Source of the DNA: Bacteroidales bacterium
Lineage (GTDB): Bacteria > Bacteroidota > Bacteroidia > Bacteroidales > UBA932
Length of the DNA stretch: 51,774 nucleotides
Assembly: GCA_017380095.1 (NCBI GenBank)
Contig: JAFOER010000006.1
Span: forward strand, 1 to 51,774
Direction: 5' to 3'
The notes beneath the pieces are model-generated. The model saw only the letters and a program-made list of their open reading frames with translations. It did not search any database and was not told where the DNA came from. The position numbers and the translations under genes were made by a program. Below, piece after piece: positions 35,521-44,353 of the stretch; positions within the stretch are counted from its first letter, which is position 1; each line of letters begins with the position of its first letter.

Positions 35521-36438
35521 ATGAACAACAGACAGCACACGCTAAAGTGTAAATATACATTCAAAGGAAAAGGACTTCATACCGGCAGGAGTGTAACAAT
35601 GGTTCTTGAACCGGCTCCTGCAAACCACGGAATAAAATTCAAGAGGGTTGACATTGGCGAGGATGCCATCATTGACGCTCTTGTTGATTATGTTACCACC
35701 ACCGCCAGAGGTACAACACTGGAGAAAGGGGAAGTGAAGATTTCAACCCTTGAGCACCTTATGGCAACTTTCAACGGCCTTGGCATTGACAATGCACTTG
35801 TATCAATTGATGCACAGGAGGTTCCTATCCTTGACGGCAGTGCAAAACCATACGTTGAGGCAATATGCAAGGACGGGCTTGTTGAGCAGGACGCCCCAAG
35901 AAAGTATCTTGAACTTAAGGACAAGATCGTTTACAGGAACGAGAAGACAGGCTCTGAAATCATAATTATGCCTGACGACCACTTCTCAGTGGACCTTATG
36001 ATAGACTACAACTCAAAGGTTCTTGGCAACCAGTATGCAAGACTGGATGAGACTACAGATTTTGCAAAGGACATTGCCCCTTGCAGAACTTTTGTATTCT
36101 TCCACGAGCTTGAGCCGCTGTTCAAGAACAACCTCATCAAGGGCGGAGACCTTGACAACGCAATCGTGATTGTTGAGCACCCTGTACCGCAGGAAGAGCT
36201 TGACCGCCTTGCAGGTGTATTCAACACCTCTTCACTTGAGAGGGCTCCTGAGGGATACCTCAACCATCTTGAGCTGCGATTCTCAAACGAGTGTGCAAGG
36301 CACAAGCTGCTGGACATCATGGGAGACTTTGCACTGGTTGGTGCACCATTGAAAGCTAAAGTAATCGGTTACAAGACCGGACACGGCATAAATACACAAC
36401 TTGCCAAAATAATCAAGGAAAGCGCTAAAAACAATTAA
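35521..36438 (+). CDS. lpxC: UDP-3-O-acyl-N-acetylglucosamine deacetylase
   Basis: GKGLHTGR, EHLMATF and ARHKLLDIMGDFALVG motifs. 305 aa, ending at a TAA that is in frame with fabZ. Confidence 0.9.
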   Translation: MNNRQHTLKCKYTFKGKGLHTGRSVTMVLEPAPANHGIKFKRVDIGEDAIIDALVDYVTTTARGTTLEKGEVKISTLEHLMATFNGLGIDNALVSIDAQEVPILDGSAKPYVEAICKDGLVEQDAPRKYLELKDKIVYRNEKTGSEIIIMPDDHFSVDLMIDYNSKVLGNQYARLDETTDFAKDIAPCRTFVFFHELEPLFKNNLIKGGDLDNAIVIVEHPVPQEELDRLAGVFNTSSLERAPEGYLNHLELRFSNECARHKLLDIMGDFALVGAPLKAKVIGYKTGHGINTQLAKIIKESAKNN

Positions 36439-36450
36439 ACCATTACAGAT

Positions 36451-36930
36451 ATGGAGAACAATATACCAAAATACGATCCCAATGCCCAGCCTGTAATAGA
36501 TATCAACGGGATAAAGAAACTTCTTCCTCACCGTCCGCCGTTCCTTATGGTAGACAGGATTACCGAAATTGGAGAAGACTACATTGTGGGTATAAAGACA
36601 ATTGGTGTAAATGAAGGTTTCTTCCAGGGCCACTTTCCTGATGAACCTGTAATGCCGGGAGTCCTTATAATAGAGGCCATGGCACAGGTTGGAGGAATCC
36701 TTGTACTTCATAGTGTGGACGAGCCGGAAAAATACTCCACTTATTTTGCAAAAATAGACAACACCAAGTTCAAGAGAAAAGTTGTTCCGGGAGATGTGCT
36801 TGTATTGAAACTAAGAATGACACAACCTATCAAGAGATCAATCGCATTCATGCACGGTGAAGCCTACATAGGGGACACTTTGGCATGCGAGAGCGATATG
36901 GTAGCTCAGGTAATTAAAAATAAAGAGTAA
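36451..36930 (+). CDS. fabZ: 3-hydroxyacyl-ACP dehydratase FabZ
   Basis: LPHRPPFLMVDR and GHFPDEPVMPGVLIIEAMAQ hot-dog motifs. 159 aa. Confidence 0.92.
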   Translation: MENNIPKYDPNAQPVIDINGIKKLLPHRPPFLMVDRITEIGEDYIVGIKTIGVNEGFFQGHFPDEPVMPGVLIIEAMAQVGGILVLHSVDEPEKYSTYFAKIDNTKFKRKVVPGDVLVLKLRMTQPIKRSIAFMHGEAYIGDTLACESDMVAQVIKNKE

Positions 36931-36950
36931 TAATTTATAAAAATACATTT

Positions 36951-37745
36951 ATGGAAAGTTCTTTCGTTCATCCAAATGCCAAAATTGGAGCAAACGTAAA
37001 AATTCATCCTTTCTGCTATATAGCAGAGAATGTTGAGATTGGAGACAACTGCGAGATTGGTCCAAATGCAACCATCTATGACTATGTGAAAATGGGCAAA
37101 AACTGCAGGGTATTTCCCGGTGCAGTTGTAGGAGCCATACCTCAGGACCTCAAGTTTGAGAATGAGATTTCATATGTGGAAATTGGAGACAACACAACAA
37201 TCAGGGAATGCGCCACTATAAACAGGGGTACAGCAGCCAGCGGAAAAGGCAAGACCGTTATTGGAAGCAATACCCTCATTATGTCATACGCGCATGTGGC
37301 TCACGACTGCGAGGTTGGAAACAACTGTATCCTTGTAAGCTATGTAGGTATTGCCGGCGAGACCAAAGTTGACGACTGGGCTATCATTGGCGGCGCATCT
37401 GCAGCACACCAGTTCTCAAATATAGGTACACACGCAATGGTTGCAGGCGGTTCACGCATAGGAAAAGATGTACCTCCATACGCTATGGCAGGAAAACTTC
37501 CTTTGTCTTACTGCGGCATCAACATTGTAGGTTTGCGCAGAAGAGGTTTCACTACAGAGCAGATTGAGAGGATCAAAGAGATCTACAAGACCATCTATAT
37601 GAGTGGCCTCAACGTTACAGCAGCCTGCAAGAAGGTTGAAGAGGAGTTTGAGGAGAGCGTGGAGAAGAGGACAATCCTCGATTTCATTGCCCGCTCAAAG
37701 AGAGGTATCATCAGATACAATCCTAAAGCTGTTGCAGACGAATAA
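36951..37745 (+). CDS. lpxA: Acyl-ACP--UDP-N-acetylglucosamine O-acyltransferase
   Basis: Hexapeptide-repeat beta-helix plus a C-terminal helical domain. 264 aa, in the conserved position after fabZ. Confidence 0.9.
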   Translation: MESSFVHPNAKIGANVKIHPFCYIAENVEIGDNCEIGPNATIYDYVKMGKNCRVFPGAVVGAIPQDLKFENEISYVEIGDNTTIRECATINRGTAASGKGKTVIGSNTLIMSYAHVAHDCEVGNNCILVSYVGIAGETKVDDWAIIGGASAAHQFSNIGTHAMVAGGSRIGKDVPPYAMAGKLPLSYCGINIVGLRRRGFTTEQIERIKEIYKTIYMSGLNVTAACKKVEEEFEESVEKRTILDFIARSKRGIIRYNPKAVADE

Positions 37746-37757
37746 CAGACTTGAGCA

Positions 37758-38441
37758 ATGATTTTTGAGACATCCCTGCTGAGTACAGCGTACTTCCCTC
37801 CCATTGAGTACTTTGCCGTAATTGCAAACTCGGCAAAAGTTGAGATAGAGAGCGGGGAGATGTACCAGAAACAGTCATACAGAACCCGTTGTCACATAAA
37901 TGGTGCCAACGGGCTTCTTGTTCTCACACTTCCTGTTCTGAGGAGTGCCGCAAAAGAAGATGGTGCAAGCAGCCACAAACTGCCTACATCTGAACTTAAG
38001 ATTGACTACAGCAAGCCATGGCTGCTCCAGCACAAGAGGGCCCTTGAAGCAGCATATATGTCATCCCCTTTCTTTGAGTACTATATGGATGACATCTATG
38101 AAATACTCGATTCTGGAGAGGAATCACTCCTTGCCCTCAACACACGTCTCACACGCAAGATATGTGAGCTGACAGGAATTGGGACCCCCATAACCCTTAC
38201 AGACGGGAACTTCATCCTCCCAGGGGCTGAAGAGCTCACTGCCCGCAACATTTCAGACTTCAGGGAATCAATACACCCCAAGAGGGAATCACATCTGCTT
38301 GAAAGGCTTAAACTTGAAAAGCCCTACTGGCAGGTTTTCACCAACAAGCAGGGCTTTGTCCCAAATCTTACCATCCTGGACCTCCTTTTCAATGAAGGCC
38401 CAAATGCAATATCTTTTCTAGAATCTGAATCCTACAGATAG
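37758..38441 (+). CDS. WbqC family protein
   Basis: STAYFPPIEYFAVI and QKQSYRTRCHI are typical WbqC-like N-terminal motifs. 227 aa. Confidence 0.7.
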   Translation: MIFETSLLSTAYFPPIEYFAVIANSAKVEIESGEMYQKQSYRTRCHINGANGLLVLTLPVLRSAAKEDGASSHKLPTSELKIDYSKPWLLQHKRALEAAYMSSPFFEYYMDDIYEILDSGEESLLALNTRLTRKICELTGIGTPITLTDGNFILPGAEELTARNISDFRESIHPKRESHLLERLKLEKPYWQVFTNKQGFVPNLTILDLLFNEGPNAISFLESESYR

Positions 38442-39959
38442 AAGAAGTTTCCACCCCTTCATTTTTGACATGCCTGCAGGCGCAGGTACGGTTGTGTCAT
38501 TATATAGGGTAAAACCCTCTTCCGGATTGTTCAACAACTGCTGATAGGTAAGGTCTACAAACAGGTCACTTGCTCCGCACGGCCAAACATAACCGGCACC
38601 AATGGAACCTATATTGCGTTCCCCCTCGCTGCTGTCACCTGCATAAGGAGATGAATAGTGCTGGTAACCTGCCCTTACTGCAAATGCAGGATTAACATTT
38701 ATCTCTGCACCCACTCTGAAAATATCCTGTTTTACAAACAGTTTGCGGATATCACTGTTCTCCACATCATACCCGAACTCATAATCGGCATCCTTCAGTT
38801 TGGCCTTTGTATAATCAACACTTTCATAGTCTGCACTTATCACCCCCCTGCTGCCCAGCATCACCGCGGCTCCCACATTCCATCTGAAAGGGGTATTGAG
38901 CCTGTAGTTATATGTACCCAACGGAGAAATTATCCTCTGGCTGTAACCGTCACTGAACTCTGAATTTACACCATTCTCCCACTCCTCGCTAAGATACATC
39001 CATGTAGGGGTAGAGATGCTTGCGCCCAATCTGAGCCAGTTTGCCGGCAGATAAATGAGGCCTGCCTTCAAGTTGATTCCTGTACCTGTAGCCTTGTATC
39101 TGTATCCGTACGAAAAGTAATTGAAACCTGACTGGAAATCTGAACTGTTGAGCGCCTCCTCCTGCATCATCTCCTCATATTTGTACATTATGCTCTGAAT
39201 GCCAAGGTTCACACCCACAAACAATTTGTCAGAGAAATTGCCTCCCCAGTTGATTACAGCCTCAGTCACATTGCCCACTGACTCAGCATTGAACCTCTGC
39301 GCCAACTCTCCTCCTACTGTAATGTCGTTCCCGTAAAGGTTCTCAGTTGCTGCATAATACAAATCAGACGTACCTGGAAGGGTATCCAGCAACGATGCAT
39401 TCCATGCAAGAATTGAATTCCAGGAAGCATTGCTGCTGTAGAAAGGGTCATTATGGTCTGTGAAATCCATATTTGGGGCATAGATTCCGTCTGTATTGTA
39501 AGCCACGCTTGCAAGCCAGCTTGAGGCATCTGTCTGTCCGTACACCTTTCGTGCTCCGGTAAAGTTGTTCTGCTTGTTGAGCAGCAATCCTACACTCCAG
39601 CTTACCAGGCCCGAATTCTTGCCTGTAGAGTATGAACCTACATAACCGAAATTTGCAACGCCCGCCCTTGTCTTGTTTGCAGAGCTGGAAAAACCGAGGT
39701 AATCAGATTCCATACCTGCAACCGTAACGGTAGGGGTAAACATGAACTCGGAATACCTGTACACTGCACTCGATGCAGGATTGATTGAAATGCCTCCCAT
39801 ATCTCCGCCAACGGCCACAAATGCATTACCCATTGCCACACTTCTGGCAGTGCCCTCCGCATACTGTTCTGAAAACCTCAACGCATCGTATGCATTCTGG
39901 GCATACAGACCTGCAGCTGCAAACATTGCTGCACCGGCCAATATAAATTTTCTTAACAT
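38418..39959 (-). CDS. Outer-membrane beta-barrel protein, FadL/TodX-like (putative)
   Basis: Signal peptide ending YAQ. The N-terminal segment is GTARSVAMGNAFVAVGGDMGGISINPASSA. Has alternating beta-strand periodicity and a C-terminal Phe (SVGFRF). Confidence 0.55.
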   Translation of the reverse strand: MLRKFILAGAAMFAAAGLYAQNAYDALRFSEQYAEGTARSVAMGNAFVAVGGDMGGISINPASSAVYRYSEFMFTPTVTVAGMESDYLGFSSSANKTRAGVANFGYVGSYSTGKNSGLVSWSVGLLLNKQNNFTGARKVYGQTDASSWLASVAYNTDGIYAPNMDFTDHNDPFYSSNASWNSILAWNASLLDTLPGTSDLYYAATENLYGNDITVGGELAQRFNAESVGNVTEAVINWGGNFSDKLFVGVNLGIQSIMYKYEEMMQEEALNSSDFQSGFNYFSYGYRYKATGTGINLKAGLIYLPANWLRLGASISTPTWMYLSEEWENGVNSEFSDGYSQRIISPLGTYNYRLNTPFRWNVGAAVMLGSRGVISADYESVDYTKAKLKDADYEFGYDVENSDIRKLFVKQDIFRVGAEINVNPAFAVRAGYQHYSSPYAGDSSEGERNIGSIGAGYVWPCGASDLFVDLTYQQLLNNPEEGFTLYNDTTVPAPAGMSKMKGWKLLLSVGFRF

Positions 39960-39979
39960 GACATTCTTTTTTAAGTATC

Positions 39980-40978
39980 CTATCTCCTTCTGTATGAAGA
40001 TCCTCCTCCCGACGATCTTGTAGCTCCTCCAGAACTGTAACTGCCCCTGTTGGAACCTCCGCTGTATGATGAACCGCTCCTGTTATTGGAGTTGCTGCTT
40101 CTGTTGTATGAGCTCCTGTTCTGCTGGCTTCCCTGCTGCTGGCTCTTCTGCTGCTGTTTCACACTGCCGTTCTGCTGGCCGGTATTGCCCTGCTGGTTTC
40201 TTGAAGGCCTGCGGGTAACGCTTCCCTGCTGGTTCCTGCCGTCAACATTTCCAGGTTTTCCGGCTGTAACACTACCCCTGTTTATCCCATTATAAGTAGA
40301 GCCTGAACCTCTTTTTCCATAATATACATTCCTTCCTGGTCTGCCGTGTCCGGGATGATACCCTGGTCCCCCTGCAGGTCCGTGTCCAGGCCATGGTGCA
40401 TATATAGGGCGGTGTATAGGGCCCCACCACGGGTCATACCAATGGCTGTGCCATGCCCAACTTGGAGTACTCCACCACGGATCATACCAATGGCCGTACC
40501 AGTGGCTGTACCAATGGCTGCGCCAAGGATTGTGCCAATAGGAGTGCCAGTGCCAGCTTGGAGTGTACCAATGCCATCTTGGTCCGTACCACCACATATC
40601 CACATCCCACCAGTACGGCTCAACAAAATTGATGTTTACTGTATAGGTAGGGGAATCGAACTTCCTCAAACGGGCTGCATAGCTCTCATCATCATCCATT
40701 ATGGTGTATGATGCACCCGGCTCATAATTTATGTTTACCTCATTGGCTTCTCCAACATAAACTGTTCTGGTATCGGATGCCGGTCCCTGCTGCGTTTGCT
40801 GTACCGCTGCAGGTTCCTCCTGCTGTGCAATCTGCACTGCGGAACTTCTGCTCCCTGGAGTGTAGTAGATGCTGTTTTTGAATTGTCCTCCCCCCTGCAG
40901 GGATGAATAGCCCACCGTACCACAAGAGAACAAAGGCAAAACTGCTGCCAATAAAACAAATAAGCTCCTGTTTTTCAT
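39980..40978 (-). CDS. Lipoprotein with an extreme Trp/His-rich core and a Gly/Ser/Asn/Arg/Tyr low-complexity tail
   Basis: Lipobox LPLFSC. Carries 21 Trp and about 11 His within 74-81 residues (YWWDVDMWWYGPRWHWYTPSWHWHSYWH...). The C-terminal ~115 aa are RGG/SY-like low complexity. I cannot name a family. Confidence 0.7.
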   Translation of the reverse strand: MKNRSLFVLLAAVLPLFSCGTVGYSSLQGGGQFKNSIYYTPGSRSSAVQIAQQEEPAAVQQTQQGPASDTRTVYVGEANEVNINYEPGASYTIMDDDESYAARLRKFDSPTYTVNINFVEPYWWDVDMWWYGPRWHWYTPSWHWHSYWHNPWRSHWYSHWYGHWYDPWWSTPSWAWHSHWYDPWWGPIHRPIYAPWPGHGPAGGPGYHPGHGRPGRNVYYGKRGSGSTYNGINRGSVTAGKPGNVDGRNQQGSVTRRPSRNQQGNTGQQNGSVKQQQKSQQQGSQQNRSSYNRSSNSNNRSGSSYSGGSNRGSYSSGGATRSSGGGSSYRRR

Positions 40979-41008
40979 TTTTACCTCCTGTGTTTTATAT
41001 ATTTTTTG

Positions 41009-41016
41009 TACTTTTG
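41009..41016 (+). promoter_or_regulatory. Candidate -7 promoter box (TACTTTTG) for proS
   Basis: Exact TAnnTTTG match, 65 nt upstream of the ATG at 41081. Confidence 0.35.
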
Positions 41017-41080
41017 TCGTTCATTATATATGCGAATATATCAAAAATTGTTCCAATCAGAAAAATAAAACAACAATATA

Positions 41081-42559
41081 ATGGCTAAAGAGGTTACAAA
41101 AAGAGAAGAGAATTACTCTCAGTGGTACAACAACCTTGTTGTAAAGGCAGACTTGGCAGAGAACTCTGCAGTGAGAGGTTGTATGGTAATCAAACCATAC
41201 GGTTATGCAATTTGGGAGAAAATGCAGCACCAGCTTGACACCATGTTCAAGGAGACAGGACACCAGAACGCATACTTCCCGCTGTTCATACCAAAATCGT
41301 TCCTGAGCAGGGAGGCCGAGCACGTTGAGGGATTTGCAAAAGAGTGCGCAGTGGTTACACACCACCGCCTTATGGTTGACCCTGAGGGAAACGGCGTTGT
41401 AGTTGACCCTAGCGCTAAACTTGAGGAGGAGCTTATTGTAAGGCCTACATCGGAGACCATCATCTGGAATACATATAAAAACTGGATCAACTCATACAGG
41501 GATCTTCCAATCCTTTGCAACCAGTGGGCAAATGTGGTAAGATGGGAGATGAGAACCCGTCTGTTCCTCAGAACCGCAGAGTTCTTGTGGCAGGAGGGCC
41601 ATACAGCACACGCTACAAAAGAGGAGGCTATTGAGGAGACAGAAAAAATGGTAAATGTGTATGCAAAATTTGCAAGGGAGTACATGGCAGTTCCTGTAGT
41701 GGTAGGAAAGAAATCTGCAAACGAGAGATTTGCCGGTGCCCTTGACACTTATTGCATTGAGGCAATGATGCAGGACGGAAAAGCCCTTCAGGCAGGTACA
41801 TCACACTTCCTTGGCCAGAACTTTGCAAAAGCTTTTGATGTGAAATATGCAAGCAAAGAGGGTACCTTGGAGTATGTATGGGCAACATCATGGGGTGTTT
41901 CAACCCGCCTTATGGGTGCCCTTATCATGGCACACTCAGATGACAACGGTCTTGTTCTTCCTCCAAAATTGGCTCCTATACACGTAGTTATGGTTCCTAT
42001 CTTCAAGACAGACGAGGAGCATGCTGCAATTATCGGGAAGATGGAGGAGTTGAAGAAAGGTTTGGAGAGCCTTGGACTTTCTGTGAAGATTGACGACAGG
42101 GACAACCTGAGAAGCGGCTTCAAATTTGCAGAGTGGGAGCTTAAAGGTGTTCCGGTAAGGATTGCAATGGGTCCGAGGGATCTTGCCAACGGCACAATTG
42201 AGGTTGCACGCAGGGATACCCTTACAAAGGAGTCTATGCAGCTTGAGGGTGCAGAGGCAAAAATCAATGCCCTTATGGATGAGATTCAGGCAAACATCTA
42301 CCAGAAGGCTTTGGATTTCAGGGCAGCAAAAACCATTCAGGTTGACACCTGGGAGGAGTTCAAGGAGAAGATTGAGGAGGGTGGATTCCTTTTGTGCCAC
42401 TGGGACGGAACTCCTGAGACAGAGGAGAGAATAAAGGAGGAGACTAAAGCAACCATCCGTTGCATTCCTCTTGATACAAACGTAATTATGGAAGAGGGCA
42501 AGTGCATCTACTCAGGCAAGCCTTCAAAACAGAGAGTAATTTTTGCAAGATCATACTAA
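41081..42559 (+). CDS. proS: Proline--tRNA ligase (archaeal/eukaryotic-type)
   Basis: 492 aa with class II motifs and a C-terminal ProRS-specific domain ending in ...FARSY. Confidence 0.93.
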   Translation: MAKEVTKREENYSQWYNNLVVKADLAENSAVRGCMVIKPYGYAIWEKMQHQLDTMFKETGHQNAYFPLFIPKSFLSREAEHVEGFAKECAVVTHHRLMVDPEGNGVVVDPSAKLEEELIVRPTSETIIWNTYKNWINSYRDLPILCNQWANVVRWEMRTRLFLRTAEFLWQEGHTAHATKEEAIEETEKMVNVYAKFAREYMAVPVVVGKKSANERFAGALDTYCIEAMMQDGKALQAGTSHFLGQNFAKAFDVKYASKEGTLEYVWATSWGVSTRLMGALIMAHSDDNGLVLPPKLAPIHVVMVPIFKTDEEHAAIIGKMEELKKGLESLGLSVKIDDRDNLRSGFKFAEWELKGVPVRIAMGPRDLANGTIEVARRDTLTKESMQLEGAEAKINALMDEIQANIYQKALDFRAAKTIQVDTWEEFKEKIEEGGFLLCHWDGTPETEERIKEETKATIRCIPLDTNVIMEEGKCIYSGKPSKQRVIFARSY

Positions 42560-42578
42560 ACAAACATACAGAACATTT

Positions 42579-43289
42579 ATGGCAGCAGATCCTTTACCGA
42601 ACCAGCAACAGCTGATACTTAAGGGGCTTCAGGAGAAAGCCTACATCAAATCCTGCATCTACTCGCAGTCGCTTGAGGTTTTCAACGAACTTAAAGAGGT
42701 GTTGAGCGAGATAAGCAACGACCTTACCGACATCCTTTCAGAGTCTGAGAAGAACAAGAAGATAAGACTTGAATACAGGGACAGGGGCAAATATGAGGCA
42801 GAACTCAAGTTTGCAGATGATGTATTGGTTTTCAGTATGCATACAGACATTTTCCAGTTTGACAGGGATCATGCAATCTGGAAAAACAGCTATTCCAAGG
42901 AATCGCCTTACAACACCTACTGCGGTGTTATAAGTGTATACAACTTCCTTTCAGACTCCTTGAAGTTCAGCAGGAACGAGGATTTGGGATATCTTGTTGC
43001 AAGGATGTTCGTGAACAAGGACAAGAAGTTCTTTGTGGAGGGAAAACGCCAGAGCAGGCAGAAGATTTCCTCTTTCGGAAAGGTAGACCTCACCAAGGAG
43101 GAACTTGTGAATTTTGTTGAATCGGCAATGTTGTACTCATTGTCTTTCGACCTTCTTGTTCCGCCGTTCGACCTTGTAAAAGTTGCAAGCGTAGAACAGA
43201 TAAATGCCAAAATAGAGAGTGCAAAAATGAGGACAGGCAAACGTATGGGTTACAAATACAACTCAGACGATGTCCTTGAAAACGAATAA
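42579..43289 (+). CDS. Hypothetical protein
   Basis: 236-aa ORF from the first ATG (the track start at 42543 is TTG). Sits between proS and DUF3078 in the same orientation. No motif recognised. Confidence 0.5.
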   Translation: MAADPLPNQQQLILKGLQEKAYIKSCIYSQSLEVFNELKEVLSEISNDLTDILSESEKNKKIRLEYRDRGKYEAELKFADDVLVFSMHTDIFQFDRDHAIWKNSYSKESPYNTYCGVISVYNFLSDSLKFSRNEDLGYLVARMFVNKDKKFFVEGKRQSRQKISSFGKVDLTKEELVNFVESAMLYSLSFDLLVPPFDLVKVASVEQINAKIESAKMRTGKRMGYKYNSDDVLENE

Positions 43290-43291
43290 CA

Positions 43292-44353
43292 ATGAGATTG
43301 AGAGCGTTAAGATTCCTTTTTGTTTCACTTGTGTTGCTGTTTGCAGCATCACTCTCCTTGCGTGCACAGGTAAAGGATACCATGAACCTCTCAAACTTGA
43401 ATGCGGCACAGGAACTTTGCAGGATTATAGGCTCGCAGTTTGTGGTTCCTACCATAAACTATGAGCCTGTGACTCCTCCAAAATTCTGGACCAACGGTAT
43501 GCAGACAGAGCTGGGATTCTCGCAGATTTCACTTACCAACTGGGCAGCCGGAGGATCCGGTTCCGTAGCATTGAATACCTTTGTAAATGCCAACGCCAAC
43601 TATGCCAAGGGAAGCATGTTCTGGGACAACAGGGTACAGCTTGCATACGGCTTCCTGCAATCCTTTGAAGACGGTTACCGCAAGAGCAATGACAAAATTG
43701 TAATTGACAGCAAATGGGGCTATAAGGCAATCAACAAGCTCTATTTTTCTGCCAACTTCAACTTCAGGTCGCAGTTCTCCCCAGGATTTGAGTACAGCAA
43801 ATCCCAGGTAATAAAGGATGGGCACAAAGAAAGCGTCATAACCTCAAAGAAAGTATCCAAATTCCTTGCGCCGGCATATACGTCACTGGCTCTGGGTATC
43901 GACTACAAACCGGGCAACGGAAAGGAACTTTCCGTGAACATTGCCCCATTGACCGGAAATGCCGTAATAGTATGTGTTGCTGACTCCGCTTTCAGGGCCA
44001 AATACGGTAACAAGAAACACGAGGCAGTAAGGTGGGAGCTGGGTGCCCAGATAAAGGCTTCGCTCAACAAGAACCTGCTCAAGACACTTAAAGCCACATC
44101 TACCCTTACCCTCTTCTCCGATTATCTTCACAATCCGGAGAACATTCAGGTAAACTGGGATATGCAGCTTACTTATATACTCAACAAATACCTCACTACA
44201 GGTATCAGGACCAACCTTATCTACGATGACAACGTCCTCATAGCCACCACCAGGGTAAATGAGAAGAACGAGACGATAATGACCAAGAAAGTTCAGCTGC
44301 AGGAGATATTCAGCGTGAGTTTCACCTACACATTTGGCATGTTCAAGAAGTAG
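43292..44353 (+). CDS. DUF3078 domain-containing outer-membrane protein
   Basis: Signal peptide. WTNGMQTELGFSQISLTNWAAGGSGSVALN is the characteristic DUF3078 N-terminal block. Has beta-barrel periodicity. Confidence 0.7.
   Translation: MRLRALRFLFVSLVLLFAASLSLRAQVKDTMNLSNLNAAQELCRIIGSQFVVPTINYEPVTPPKFWTNGMQTELGFSQISLTNWAAGGSGSVALNTFVNANANYAKGSMFWDNRVQLAYGFLQSFEDGYRKSNDKIVIDSKWGYKAINKLYFSANFNFRSQFSPGFEYSKSQVIKDGHKESVITSKKVSKFLAPAYTSLALGIDYKPGNGKELSVNIAPLTGNAVIVCVADSAFRAKYGNKKHEAVRWELGAQIKASLNKNLLKTLKATSTLTLFSDYLHNPENIQVNWDMQLTYILNKYLTTGIRTNLIYDDNVLIATTRVNEKNETIMTKKVQLQEIFSVSFTYTFGMFKK

Noticed and set aside
40050-40711. Alternative-frame ORFs inside the Trp/His-rich gene (40050..40295, 40282..40626, 40346..40711)
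   Set aside because: Only the 39980..40978 minus-strand frame has a signal peptide and lipobox and spans the full locus up to the next gene. The others are by-products of the repetitive codons.
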